A DNA stretch of 62,378 nt, filler included. It is 3 parts of 3 records of this genome, joined end to end, with 100 filler letters (N's around TTAATTAATTAA, not from the genome) between each part and the next. Parts side by side here need not be neighbours in the genome. Positions count along the whole stretch, not along the records: positions 22,783 to 46,353 come from SRR20825006_1810; positions 46,454 to 62,378 come from SRR20825006_1815; 1 more part is not named here. One strand, given 5' to 3'. Shown piece after piece: positions 41,176 through 50,307 of the stretch. Position 1 is the first letter of the stretch. Each line of letters starts with the position of its first letter. The position numbers were made by a program, and so were the translations under genes. Below the pieces are notes generated by a model. That model was given only the letters and a program-made list of their open reading frames with translations. It did no database searches and had not been told where the DNA came from.

Positions 41176-41198
41176 GCCTCTGCGAAGTTAAGGAAATT

Positions 41199-41232
41199 CA
41201 AAACCCCGCCCCGTGTCTGGGGCGGGGTTTTG
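41199..41232. terminator. Bidirectional intrinsic terminator
   Basis: CAAAACCCCGCCCC-GTGTCT-GGGGCGGGGTTTTG. Confidence 0.85.
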
Positions 41233-41880
41233 TCACTCGGCGGCGTCTTCAACCCGTTCCGAGAGGATGAAATCGGCCACGGCCACGCCTAATATCTCAT
41301 GCGAGGCTGCCTCAAGGTGGACGCCGTCGACCTCAGAAACCGACACCACAGAATTGGCATCGAACACCGCCACATCGCGGGCCTCTGCCATGGCGCGGAC
41401 CGCGTCATAGGTGGCCATGGATTTGGCCTCCGCGCCAGTATAGTGCTCGGCTAAAACGCCCAAAGCGCGTGGGGCAGGGGGCAAGATCAGAAAGGGTTCA
41501 AACCCGCCATGGCGCGCCTGCATCTCGTCCGAGAGCGCGACATCAAGGTGAAACGCGGCGGCCTCGGCGATGTCTTCAGGTGTGGCATCAAACTGTGCCT
41601 TGAGATCGTTGGTGCCCAACATGATGGTCAGCGCATCAATCGGCCCATGACTTTCAAGCGCAATGAAAAGGCCTAAACGCCCATCCATATGCGGCCCCAT
41701 TTCGGGATCGGGAAAGGCAAAGGTCCGCCCCGGCAAGCCCTCTTCGATCAAATCCCATCCCAGTCGTTCTGCCATCACCACAGGCCAGCGGCGCATATGA
41801 CGTGGAAGATCGGAAGGACGCGTGAGCATCGGCTGAGTGCCGTGGGTGTTGCTGTCGCCAAAGGTGAGGATCGTGGGCAC
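41233..41880 (-). CDS. SGNH/GDSL hydrolase
   Basis: FGDSNT, EEGLPGRT, LGTND, DGVH; GTG start with GGAGG. Confidence 0.9.
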   Translation of the reverse strand: MPTILTFGDSNTHGTQPMLTRPSDLPRHMRRWPVVMAERLGWDLIEEGLPGRTFAFPDPEMGPHMDGRLGLFIALESHGPIDALTIMLGTNDLKAQFDATPEDIAEAAAFHLDVALSDEMQARHGGFEPFLILPPAPRALGVLAEHYTGAEAKSMATYDAVRAMAEARDVAVFDANSVVSVSEVDGVHLEAASHEILGVAVADFILSERVEDAAE

Positions 41881-41904
41881 GGGTGGCCTCCAAAATGTGC
41901 ATAG

Positions 41905-41934
41905 AAAACGGCCCCGGAGTGGCCCCGGGACCGT
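41905..41934 (-). terminator. Terminator of the cold-shock gene
   Basis: ACGGTCCCGG...CCGGGGCCGT then TTTC on the - strand. Confidence 0.6.
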
Positions 41935-41956
41935 CAAAGATCAACCGAAAAATCGT

Positions 41957-42163
41957 TCAGATCGCTTCGAGTTCGGACGCAGAGGCGCGACCATCACGGC
42001 CATCGCGCAGCTCATAGCGGATTTTCATATTGTCGGCGAGGCCAGTCATGCCCGCGCGCTCGACGGCAGAAATATGAACAAAAACGTCCTTGCCGCCATC
42101 ATCGGGGGCGATAAAGCCGAAGCCTTTGGTGGTGTTGAACCATTTTACAGTGCCGGTGGGCAT
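41957..42163 (-). CDS. cspA: Cold-shock protein
   Basis: GTVKWFNTTKGFGFI, DVFVHISA. Confidence 0.93.
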   Translation of the reverse strand: MPTGTVKWFNTTKGFGFIAPDDGGKDVFVHISAVERAGMTGLADNMKIRYELRDGRDGRASASELEAI

Positions 42164-42404
42164 TGTCATCACTCCTATCATGTCATCCGCCACAACGTGC
42201 GACGGGCCGGTGCAGCCTGGTCTTCCAAGTCTTCCAGCTGCCCCGTAAGAAGGAGCGGTCGTTCTAGAAAGTCAGCAGTCACGAGATAAGTTTGCCTCAA
42301 GTTGAAAATAAGGCAAGCAACAAGTTTATAACACCGCGCAGATGCGGTTTTTTGAGCGGCTGGGGCTGTGGATTGGGCGTTTGGTGAATCGAAAAGAGGT
42401 CAAA

Positions 42405-42719
42405 ATGACAGTCATTTACGGGATTAAGACATGTGACACCTGCCGCAAGGCTCTCAAAGCGCTCTCGGCAGAATTGCGCGACATTCGCGCCGAACCGCTG
42501 TCCGCACAGGACTTGGAGCGGTTCCATGCGGCGTTTGGCGATGCGATTTTGAACACGCGATCGACCACATGGCGGGGCTTGTCAGAGGACGAGCGGGCAC
42601 GCGCGCCTTTGGCTCTGCTGGCCGATCACCCGACGCTGATGAAGCGCCCGGTGATCGAAAAGGACGGTGTTTTGTATCTGGGCTGGGGCAAGGATGTTCA
42701 GGCCGCTGTTTTGGCTTGA
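42405..42719 (+). CDS. ArsC/Spx/MgsR (YffB-like) family protein
   Basis: YGIKTCDTCRKA, LNTRSTTWR, PTLMKRPV. Confidence 0.88.
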   Translation: MTVIYGIKTCDTCRKALKALSAELRDIRAEPLSAQDLERFHAAFGDAILNTRSTTWRGLSEDERARAPLALLADHPTLMKRPVIEKDGVLYLGWGKDVQAAVLA

Positions 42720-43237
42720 ACCCGGTTCCAGATCAGCCGATCCAGCGAGGCCCAGCCGCCGCCCAAGCCGATGAGTACGGCAAATCCGAGCATCCAAAAG
42801 CTGCGTTGGTCCAGGATCAGCGCGTCGGATGCCCGGTCAAACCACGCGCCGACGGTGGCGGGATCGGCGCCGTGGCCGATGACATCGGTGAGCGATTGCA
42901 CAAGGACAAAGCCGACCATGCCGAGGGCCGCGAGGCGGGTGAACAAGCCGACGATAAGCAGCGCGGGCAGAATGATTTCGGCGTAGCTGCCCGCCATTAC
43001 CACCGCCCATTCAAACAGGCCAAAGCCCGAAATGTCATAGCCTGCCGCCTCCATTTTGCGTGGGAAGACCTGGGCGTAGGCATTGAAGGTTGGGGTGAAC
43101 GGACCGGATAATTTGGTCGCCGCCGAGGCCCAGAAATAGCGGGCCAAAACTCCGGCAAAGGTGAGGCGCGCGAGCAGGGGCAGGGCGCAGAGGGCAAGGC
43201 TGTTGATACGATCAAACGTGTTTTTAAGGTCAAACAT
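42698..43237 (-). CDS. DoxX family membrane protein (bufferin operon, BufD-like)
   Basis: FWASAATK, AEIILPALLIVGLFTRLAA, GGWASLD. Confidence 0.88.
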   Translation of the reverse strand: MFDLKNTFDRINSLALCALPLLARLTFAGVLARYFWASAATKLSGPFTPTFNAYAQVFPRKMEAAGYDISGFGLFEWAVVMAGSYAEIILPALLIVGLFTRLAALGMVGFVLVQSLTDVIGHGADPATVGAWFDRASDALILDQRSFWMLGFAVLIGLGGGWASLDRLIWNRVQAKTAA

Positions 43238-43961
43238 GGGCTGAGTCCTGCGATGAAATGAGTGCTCCGCCGGTCAGCAGGGCGCAGAGAAAGGCCGAGA
43301 GGTCGAGCGCGGCCGGGGCCAAATCGATTGCCTCACCCAGAGGCGTCCCCGCGTTCAAAGCCGTCAAAACGGCACTGGTGCCGGGAGGAAAGCCTGTCGC
43401 CACCGGGTCGAAGGCGGCGCGGGTGATCAGGGCGGTTTCGCCCCCGCCTGTGGGATTTGACCCACCAAGAGCGGCGGCGTGAATTTGGGTCACGGGATAG
43501 GCGCTTTCGATCCAAAACACCGAAGGGGCGAGGCGCAGCGGGCGGATCAACGCGTCGGGGTTTTGCATGGCATCCGCGGTGAGTGCCGTGGCATCGGCGG
43601 CGTGATAGCTTTGGTGCAGGACATACTCGAGCCGGGCGACATCGGGCAAATAGGGCAGGTGGCGCAGGGGCTCAAACCCGGCCAGAAACTCGGGGAACGT
43701 CTCGCCATAGAGCGCCAGTCGTGGCGACTTCGGCGGATGCGCGCGCAGGTAAACCCCTGTCATCGCGTCAAAAAACGCCGCGCCGAGCAAAGATTTGATC
43801 GCGGGAAAACCCGACGAAAGCGCCTCTTTCAAACTCACCGCGACATTATTGCGATAGACATTAAAGCGCGCAGCTACGGGGTGGCCTGACGCATCGGTGA
43901 GGCCCATGGGGACGGGGGCGTCTGGGTCAAGCACGGCGGCGATGAAGGCAGATTGGGTCAT
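43230..43961 (-). CDS. bufC: DUF2063 MNIO partner protein (BufC/HvfC-like)
   Basis: RFNVYRNNV, YGETFPEFL, YLPDVARLE; ATGA overlap with DUF692. Confidence 0.9.
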   Translation of the reverse strand: MTQSAFIAAVLDPDAPVPMGLTDASGHPVAARFNVYRNNVAVSLKEALSSGFPAIKSLLGAAFFDAMTGVYLRAHPPKSPRLALYGETFPEFLAGFEPLRHLPYLPDVARLEYVLHQSYHAADATALTADAMQNPDALIRPLRLAPSVFWIESAYPVTQIHAAALGGSNPTGGGETALITRAAFDPVATGFPPGTSAVLTALNAGTPLGEAIDLAPAALDLSAFLCALLTGGALISSQDSAHV

Positions 43962-44830
43962 GCGGGCACCCGTTGTAACAGGGCGGTGGCACGGTCGGCC
44001 TCTGCGGCCAAAACCTCCCATTCGGGCACATCGGTGTCCCATTCGATCAAGGTCGGCTTGGCACCGCCGACAGACAAGGTATGGGCATAAAGGGTCCAAA
44101 CCGGGTCGGCCACTTCGCGCCCGTGGCTGTCGATCAGCAACGGCGCGCCCGTCTCATCTGCGTCTTCATCATGGCCGCCAAGGTGAATTTCCCCCACGGC
44201 CTCATGGGCGAAGGCGTCAATATAGGCGATGGGGTCAAAGGCCAAATTGGAGGCGGAGACAAAGACATTGTTCACGTCCAGCAAAAGCCCGCAACCGGTG
44301 CGTTTGACGATCTCACGCAGGAAATCGACCTCGGCATAGGTGCTTTCAGAAAAGGCCAAATAGGCGGAGGGATTTTCGAGCAACATCTGCCGCCCGATCC
44401 GATCTTGCACCTCGTTGATATGGGCGCAGACACGGGTCAATGTGGCCTCGGTGTAGGGCAGGGGCAGCAGATCGTTGAAATAGGCGTCACCATGGGTGGA
44501 CCAGGCCAGATGTTCGGAAAACCGTGCCGGTTGCAGCCAGTCGATCAGGTGTTTGAGCCGTGCCAAATGGTCGGGGTCAAGCCGTCCGTCGCCGCCGATT
44601 GAGAGGCCAACACCGTGCACGGAGATCGGGAACAGATCGGAGAGCGCACGCAGTTGTGCCAAGGGCCGCCCCCCCGCGCCCATGTAATTTTCTGCATGAA
44701 TTTCAAGCCATTCAACCGAGGATTTGCCCGACGCAAGGTTTGAAAAATGCTGTGGTTTGTAGCCGACGCCCGCGCCATTGGGCAGGGTGTCACGCCGGGC
44801 GTCACGCCAGCTGTTACGGTGGTCCAACAT
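43958..44830 (-). CDS. bufB: DUF692 multinuclear non-heme iron oxidase (BufB-like)
   Basis: EIHAENY, HGVGLS, SEHLAW, LLENPS, LLDVNN, EIHLGGH, DSH, IEWD. Confidence 0.95.
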   Translation of the reverse strand: MLDHRNSWRDARRDTLPNGAGVGYKPQHFSNLASGKSSVEWLEIHAENYMGAGGRPLAQLRALSDLFPISVHGVGLSIGGDGRLDPDHLARLKHLIDWLQPARFSEHLAWSTHGDAYFNDLLPLPYTEATLTRVCAHINEVQDRIGRQMLLENPSAYLAFSESTYAEVDFLREIVKRTGCGLLLDVNNVFVSASNLAFDPIAYIDAFAHEAVGEIHLGGHDEDADETGAPLLIDSHGREVADPVWTLYAHTLSVGGAKPTLIEWDTDVPEWEVLAAEADRATALLQRVPA

Positions 44831-44864
44831 CTCATCTCCCCCCAAAGGTTTGTGTTTGTAAAGA

Positions 44865-44890
44865 GGGTCCGGCACAGATGCGCCGGACCC
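44865..44890 (-). terminator. Intra-operon hairpin between the precursor and DUF692 genes
   Basis: GGGTCCGGCG-CATCTG-TGCCGGACCC followed by TCTTT on the - strand. Confidence 0.6.
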
Positions 44891-44898
44891 GAAGAGGT

Positions 44899-45210
44899 TT
44901 AGCTGTCCATCGGCAGGTCGCGATCCAGCGCCTCAAGCGACCCCATGCGGGCATGGCCGTCCATCGTTGCGGGCAGTTCCATGGTCAGGCAGGTGCCTTC
45001 GGGAACGAGGGTCCAGGCGTTGCCTTGGTAATCGACTTTCGAGGTGCCTGCACAGGTTGTGCCCGGGCCGGCCTGACAGCCGTTTTCACCGGCAAGAGCA
45101 ACGCCGAAACATTTTTCCTGCGCACCTTCGGCGGAGGCCATGGTGGCGGTTGCGGACAATGCGGTGGCAAGAGCGCCGATGAGGGCGAGGGTTTTTGTTT
45201 GTGTGGTCAT
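44899..45210 (-). CDS. bufA1: DUF2282 RiPP precursor (bufferin BufA1-like)
   Basis: Sec signal, [14 protein letters not shown]...TTCAGTS...W..VPEGTC (4 Cys). Confidence 0.92.
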   Translation of the reverse strand: MTTQTKTLALIGALATALSATATMASAEGAQEKCFGVALAGENGCQAGPGTTCAGTSKVDYQGNAWTLVPEGTCLTMELPATMDGHARMGSLEALDRDLPMDS

Positions 45211-45283
45211 TGGGTGTGTCTCCCTAAAGATCGTGCGTTTCCGCCGTGAGTGGCGGTGAGCAAGATATGGCCGATAGGGCGGC

Positions 45284-45326
45284 TCACAGGCCAGTCACGG
45301 GGCTGTGTCCTGACGCGCCTGTCAGG
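45284..45326. promoter_or_regulatory. Two TGAC-N6-GT(C/G)A boxes upstream of the bufferin operon
   Basis: CCTGAC-GCGCCT-GTCAGG (45309-45326) and TCAC-AGGCCA-GTCA (45284-45297). Confidence 0.5.
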
Positions 45327-45486
45327 GAGTGAAACAAACGGAAACGTGTGTTGAAAAGACATCGCATGGGGGCAAGACGCGCGGATCAGCGGTGTTGGGC
45401 TGGCCTGAGATGAGTAAAATCAGGGGGATAAAGGCACGCAGGGGGTGAAACATTGCTCACGCTGACGTTGGGGAAGGTGAACAAGC

Positions 45487-45518
45487 AAAAAAGGCCCCAC
45501 TTGCGCAGGGCCTTTTTG
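45487..45518 (-). terminator. thrS terminator
   Basis: AAAAAGGCCC...GGGCCTTTTT inverted repeat with T-runs on both sides. Confidence 0.8.
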
Positions 45519-45536
45519 TTTCAGGTTTTTTGCGAC

Positions 45537-46353
45537 TTATTTCAAATCGGGTGGGCAGGCGGCCAGCTTTAGCTCAGCCACGATGTCGTCCAGGCTCATC
45601 ACAGCCGTCTGTTTTTCACCCAGACGACGCACAGAGACGGTCTTTTCGTCAATCTCACGCGCGCCCACGGCCAGAATCACCGGCACTTTGCCAAGGCTAT
45701 GCTCACGGACCTTGTAGTTGATCTTCTCGTTGCGGGTGTCGGCCTCGGCGCGCACACCTGCGGCTTTGAGGGCTGCCACCACGTCGTTGGCGTAGTCATC
45801 CGCCTCGGAGACAATCGTGGTGACCACAACCTGACGCGGCGCCAACCAGAACGGCAATTTGCCCGCATGGGATTCAATCAAAATCCCGATAAAGCGCTCA
45901 AACGAGCCCAAGACCGCGCGGTGCAACATCACCGGACGGTGTTTGGCCCCATCCTGGCCGATGTAATTGGCATCCAGACGTTCAGGCAGGTTCGGGTCGA
46001 TTTGCAAGGTGCCACATTGCCAATCGCGGCCAATGGCATCGGTCAACACGAACTCCAATTTTGGACCATAAAAGGCGCCTTCGCCCTCCTGGATTTCAAA
46101 ATCGTATCCCGCAGCCCGAATCCCGTTGGCCAAATCCGCTTCGGCCTTGTCCCAGCTTTCCTCGGTGCCAACCCGTTTTTCAGGACGGGTCGACAGTTTG
46201 ACTTTCCACTGGTCAAAACCAAGATGGGCATAGATTTTGGCCAAGAAGGTGACGAATTTCTTGGTCTCTTCCTCGACCTGTTCATCGGTGCAGAAAATAT
46301 GCGCGTCATCTTGGGTGAACCCACGCACCCGCATGATGCCGTGCAGCGCGCCC
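45537..46353 (-). CDS. thrS: Threonine--tRNA ligase, 3' part only (contig end)
   Basis: [37 protein letters not shown]. Confidence 0.97.
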
Positions 46354-46453
46354 NNNNNNNNNNNNNNNNNNNNNNNNNNNNNNNNNNNNNNNNNNNNTTA
46401 ATTAATTAANNNNNNNNNNNNNNNNNNNNNNNNNNNNNNNNNNNNNNNNNNNN
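46354..46453. other. Artificial contig linker
   Basis: N44 + TTAATTAATTAA + N44; GC and taxon change. Confidence 0.98.
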
Positions 46454-46454
46454 T

Positions 46455-46511
46455 CCTAATTTTGCAGTCTCTTTATCGGAGAGTATAACGAATCCCATCA
46501 AGTATTTATAA
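46455..46511 (+). CDS. C-terminal end of a probable Nif3-like dinuclear metal-centre protein
   Basis: PNFAVSLSESITNPIKYL-stop directly before the zinc-ribbon gene, the usual neighbour. Confidence 0.6.
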   Translation, partial: PNFAVSLSESITNPIKYL

Positions 46512-46516
46512 AATAT

Positions 46517-47296
46517 ATGGCGAATAAGAAAGAAAGCACTGTAGAGGACAAATTAAGGGCGCTGTACGATTTACAGCTTATCGACTCCAGAGTGGATGAA
46601 ATCCGCAACGTTAGAGGCGAACTACCTTTGGAAGTACAGGACTTGGAAGACGAAGTTCTTGGTCTTAAAACAAGGTTGGACAAATTAAAAACGGACGTTG
46701 AAACCGTTAACTTTGAGATTACAGCAAAGAAAAACCTTATCGACGAGTCCAAGGCGCTTATCAAAAAATATAGCGAGCAGCAGAAAAATGTTAGGAACAG
46801 CCGCGAGTTCAATTCGTTGACCAAAGAGGTAGAGTTCCAAGAGTTGGAGATTCAGTTGGCCGAAAAGAACATAAAAGAGTTCAAAGCGCAGATTGAGCAG
46901 AAAAAAGAGGTTATCGCACAGACCAAGGAGAAATTGTCTGAGAGAGAAGGTCACCTAAAACATAAAAAAGGTGAATTGGATGCCATTCTTGCCGAAACCG
47001 AAAAAGAAGAAAAAGCTCTTTTGAAAAAATCCGAAGAGTACGAAGAAAAAATCGAAGACCGTTTGGTAAAGGCTTACAAAAGAATCCGACACAACGTGAA
47101 AAACGGTTTGGCCGTAGTTCCTGTTGAGCGTGGCGCTTCCGGAGGTTCTTTCTTTACCATTCCACCACAGGTACAGGTTGAGATTGCTTCCCGTAAAAAA
47201 ATCATCACCGATGAGCATAGTGGAAGAATCCTGGTCGACCCACTTTTAGCTGAAGAGGAGCAAGATAGAATGGAAAAACTTTTTGCGAAGCTTTAA
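46517..47296 (+). CDS. DUF164 coiled-coil / C4 zinc-ribbon-like protein
   Basis: LYDLQLIDSR, NSREFNSL, YKRIR, GASGGSFFTIPPQ, EHSGRIL. Confidence 0.88.
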   Translation: MANKKESTVEDKLRALYDLQLIDSRVDEIRNVRGELPLEVQDLEDEVLGLKTRLDKLKTDVETVNFEITAKKNLIDESKALIKKYSEQQKNVRNSREFNSLTKEVEFQELEIQLAEKNIKEFKAQIEQKKEVIAQTKEKLSEREGHLKHKKGELDAILAETEKEEKALLKKSEEYEEKIEDRLVKAYKRIRHNVKNGLAVVPVERGASGGSFFTIPPQVQVEIASRKKIITDEHSGRILVDPLLAEEEQDRMEKLFAKL

Positions 47297-47318
47297 GCTG
47301 GTCTAAAGTAAACTAATA

Positions 47319-47347
47319 AAAAAGCCACCTTTTTTAGGTGGCTTTTT
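47319..47347. terminator. Bidirectional terminator
   Basis: AAAAAGCCACCT-TTTTT-AGGTGGCTTTTT. Confidence 0.85.
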
Positions 47348-47376
47348 CTTTTGATATAAATACGTTTTAAATCTGC

Positions 47377-48726
47377 TTAACTGTCATTTAAAAGTGCCAA
47401 TATTTTTTCCTCCACTTCTTTAGAGTCCCATTTTTCCTCAATATTGGGCATTTGCATCACCTGTTTCATAATTGTTTCTTGCATATCCCCTATCGCCAAT
47501 GCTTCGGAATAAGGTCTATCCGAAAAAGTGACACGGCTATATACGGGCACCCATTTTTCCGGATGCTTGGCAGCAAAGTGCTTTTCAATTTTCTTCTGTA
47601 ACAAAAATTTTGGGTCGGCCGTTTTACTACTCATCTCCACAAAGTTTCTGTAACTGAGCTCAGCAATCGCGTCCGCATTTGGCTTCCTTTCTTCTTGATA
47701 TTCAGAAAAAATAGTATCCCAATCATCTCCATGCTTATCCATAAGCTTATTCAGCACGTAGATATCCTCAAAGCCAGCATTCATCCCTTGTCCATAAAAA
47801 GGAACTATCGCATGCGCAGAATCGCCTACCAGCGCCACTTTGTCCCAATAGGTCCAAGGGTAGCACTTCATGGTCACCATAGCACTTGTAGGGTGATTAA
47901 AAAAGTCTTTGGTAAGGTCTTCTATGTCTTTGCGCACGTTAGGAAAGTACTTCTTAAAAAACTCCCTAGCATCATTCTCTGTTTTTATGCTCTCAAAAGA
48001 AACCCCTCCTTCAAAAGGTAAAAACAAGGTACAGGTAAAACTACCATCAATATTGGGCATGGCAATGAGCATAAATTCACCACGGGGCCAAATATGGAAT
48101 GAGTTCTTGTCCAACTTATGTGTTCCGTCCTCATTTGCAGGTATGGTAAGCTCCTTGTAACCTACATCGATGAAATTCTGGGAATAATTGAACCTGCTAC
48201 GACGCTGCATTTTATGACGAACACGGGAAAATGCCCCATCACATCCAAAAATCACATCATACTGATATTCCTTCCATTCACTCTTTTCCGTTTCTCCTGT
48301 ATAAATTTTAGCCTCGGGCAAATCCACGTCCCAGACCTTTTCATTAAATCTAAAAGTGGCTCCTTCTTCCTCGGCCAAGTCTATCATTCGCTTATTCAGG
48401 ACACCTCGGGATATGGACCAAATGGCTTCTCCATCTTTACCATATTTTTGGAAATACATGGGCTTATCGTTCACGTGCATCGCCCGTTTATCCAGTGGAA
48501 TGGCAATATCCTTAATTTTATCTCCTATCCCAACCTCATCGAGCGAACGCCAGCCCCTATTGCTCATGGCCAAGTTAATCGACCTTCCTGAAAACTTGAT
48601 AGTCCTAATATCCGGTCTCCTATCAAAAACGGTAACCGTATGTCCATTTTTTCGAAGATAAATTGCTAAAAGGGAGCCCACCAATCCGGAACCGATGATG
48701 GCTATATTTTTTGAAGTCTGTGCCAT
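47377..48726 (-). CDS. kmo: Kynurenine 3-monooxygenase
   Basis: GSGLVG, GRSINLA, HIWPRG, GDSAHAIVPFYGQGMNAGFED. Confidence 0.93.
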   Translation of the reverse strand: MAQTSKNIAIIGSGLVGSLLAIYLRKNGHTVTVFDRRPDIRTIKFSGRSINLAMSNRGWRSLDEVGIGDKIKDIAIPLDKRAMHVNDKPMYFQKYGKDGEAIWSISRGVLNKRMIDLAEEEGATFRFNEKVWDVDLPEAKIYTGETEKSEWKEYQYDVIFGCDGAFSRVRHKMQRRSRFNYSQNFIDVGYKELTIPANEDGTHKLDKNSFHIWPRGEFMLIAMPNIDGSFTCTLFLPFEGGVSFESIKTENDAREFFKKYFPNVRKDIEDLTKDFFNHPTSAMVTMKCYPWTYWDKVALVGDSAHAIVPFYGQGMNAGFEDIYVLNKLMDKHGDDWDTIFSEYQEERKPNADAIAELSYRNFVEMSSKTADPKFLLQKKIEKHFAAKHPEKWVPVYSRVTFSDRPYSEALAIGDMQETIMKQVMQMPNIEEKWDSKEVEEKILALLNDS

Positions 48727-48826
48727 AGATGCCCAATGGGCTGAATTCTGATTAAAAGAATAAAAATAAGCATTTTGTAGGTTAAACCGGGGAATCTGAA
48801 TTATTCAAAAAGCTCTTTCAATATTC

Positions 48827-48856
48827 TGTTTAATATTTTTGTATTTTTATTAAACA
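48827..48856. promoter_or_regulatory. Palindrome overlapping the sigmaA -7 element of the photolyase operon
   Basis: TGTTTAATA-N12-TATTAAACA; TATTTTTG at 48834-48841. Confidence 0.6.
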
Positions 48857-48866
48857 ATAAAATAAA

Positions 48867-49016
48867 TTGACACATAAGAAACCGCATTTACCCACCAAAA
48901 TATGTCCTGTTTGCAAAAGGCCCTTCACTTGGCGGAAAAAATGGGCCAAGGACTGGGAACAGGTAATCTATTGTAGTGAACGGTGCAGAAAAAATAAAAA
49001 CAAACATGAAGACTAG
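48867..49016 (+). CDS. DUF2256 small Cys4 protein (49 aa), not in the ORF track
   Basis: TTG start: [49 protein letters not shown]; overlaps the Cry-DASH start. Confidence 0.88.
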   Translation: MTHKKPHLPTKICPVCKRPFTWRKKWAKDWEQVIYCSERCRKNKNKHED

Positions 49017-50304
49017 CCTTATTTGGTTCGGAAACAATCTACGTGTTCTTGACAATGAAGCGTTGTATAGGGCTGCACAGTCCAATCGTGTGGTTGCCGT
49101 CTATTTTTTTGACCCCAGACAATTCGAGTTAAATTCCTTTGGTTTCAAAAAAACAGAACGTTTCAGGGCGAAATTTTTACTGGAAACGGTACATCAGCTT
49201 CAAAAGAATCTAGAAGAACTCAACATTACCTTGCTCGTTTACCATGAAAAACCTGAAGACCGAATTCCCGAGTTGGTAGAACAATTCAATATCAATCATA
49301 TTTTTCTTCAGCATGAGTGGACTTCGGAGGAGAACCAAGTGATTCAAAACGTTCAAGACCGTTTACCTAAGACCGTATCACTCCACAAAACATTCGACCA
49401 GTTCCTTTTTCATCCCGAGGACATTCCTTTTGATTCTTACTCACAGATTCCGCAGGTTTTTACGGTTTTCCGCAAAAAGTGCGAGAAACACGTTCAGGTA
49501 AGCCCTTGTTTTGAGAAACCGAAAGTATTTCCAAAGGAAAATCGGATAGGTCCCCCTAAAAATCTCCCTAGTTTACATGACTTGGGATTTTCTTCCTTTG
49601 ATACGGACGATAGATCGGCCTTCCCTTTTATTGGTGGTGAAAACAATACGCTACATCGAATGCAACATTACTTCTGGGATACCAAAAAACTGGCTTACTA
49701 CAAAAAAACCAGAAACGGACTCGTAGGCACGGATTACAGTTCCAAATTTTCACCATGGCTGGCCAATGGCAGTATTTCCGCCCGTACCATTTATTGGGAG
49801 GTAAAACGCTTTGAAAACGAAATCAAGAAAAATCAGGATACCTACTGGTTGATTTTTGAACTGATATGGCGTGATTACTTCAAGTACGTTTCCTTAAAAC
49901 ATGGCAACCAGATTTTTAAAATTGATGGCATCCTTCAAAAGGAGTATGACTGGCATTCGAACGAAGCCGCTAAACGTGACTGGATCAACGGAGAAACGGA
50001 TGATGACTTTGTCAATGCCAATATGATAGAGCTCAAAAAGACCGGTTGGATGAGCAACCGTGGCCGACAGAACGTGGCCAGTTATTGGTCCAAACATCTT
50101 ACACAGGATTGGCGTATTGGAGCCTCCTATTTTGAAGCCATGCTCATTGATTACGATGTGCATAGCAATTGGGGCAATTGGATGTACAACAGTGGCGTGG
50201 GGAACGACCCGAGGAACAGGATCTTTAATACCAAAAGGCAAGCAGAACGCTACGACCCGAACAAAAAATTCCAGAGCCTTTGGCTCCAACCTACTTTATT
50301 TTGA
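49006..50304 (+). CDS. DASH family cryptochrome
   Basis: [47 protein letters not shown]. Confidence 0.92.
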   Translation: MKTSLIWFGNNLRVLDNEALYRAAQSNRVVAVYFFDPRQFELNSFGFKKTERFRAKFLLETVHQLQKNLEELNITLLVYHEKPEDRIPELVEQFNINHIFLQHEWTSEENQVIQNVQDRLPKTVSLHKTFDQFLFHPEDIPFDSYSQIPQVFTVFRKKCEKHVQVSPCFEKPKVFPKENRIGPPKNLPSLHDLGFSSFDTDDRSAFPFIGGENNTLHRMQHYFWDTKKLAYYKKTRNGLVGTDYSSKFSPWLANGSISARTIYWEVKRFENEIKKNQDTYWLIFELIWRDYFKYVSLKHGNQIFKIDGILQKEYDWHSNEAAKRDWINGETDDDFVNANMIELKKTGWMSNRGRQNVASYWSKHLTQDWRIGASYFEAMLIDYDVHSNWGNWMYNSGVGNDPRNRIFNTKRQAERYDPNKKFQSLWLQPTLF

Positions 50305-50307
50305 TTC

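Noticed and set aside
42164..42290. cspA-type thermosensor 5' UTR
   Set aside because: A long leader is plausible, but I cannot support a specific structure by eye; it needs an Rfam scan.
42405..42719. ArsC-family gene as part of the bufferin system or arsenic resistance
   Set aside because: It is on the opposite strand with a 22-bp tail overlap, is YffB/Spx-like, and has no ars genes nearby.
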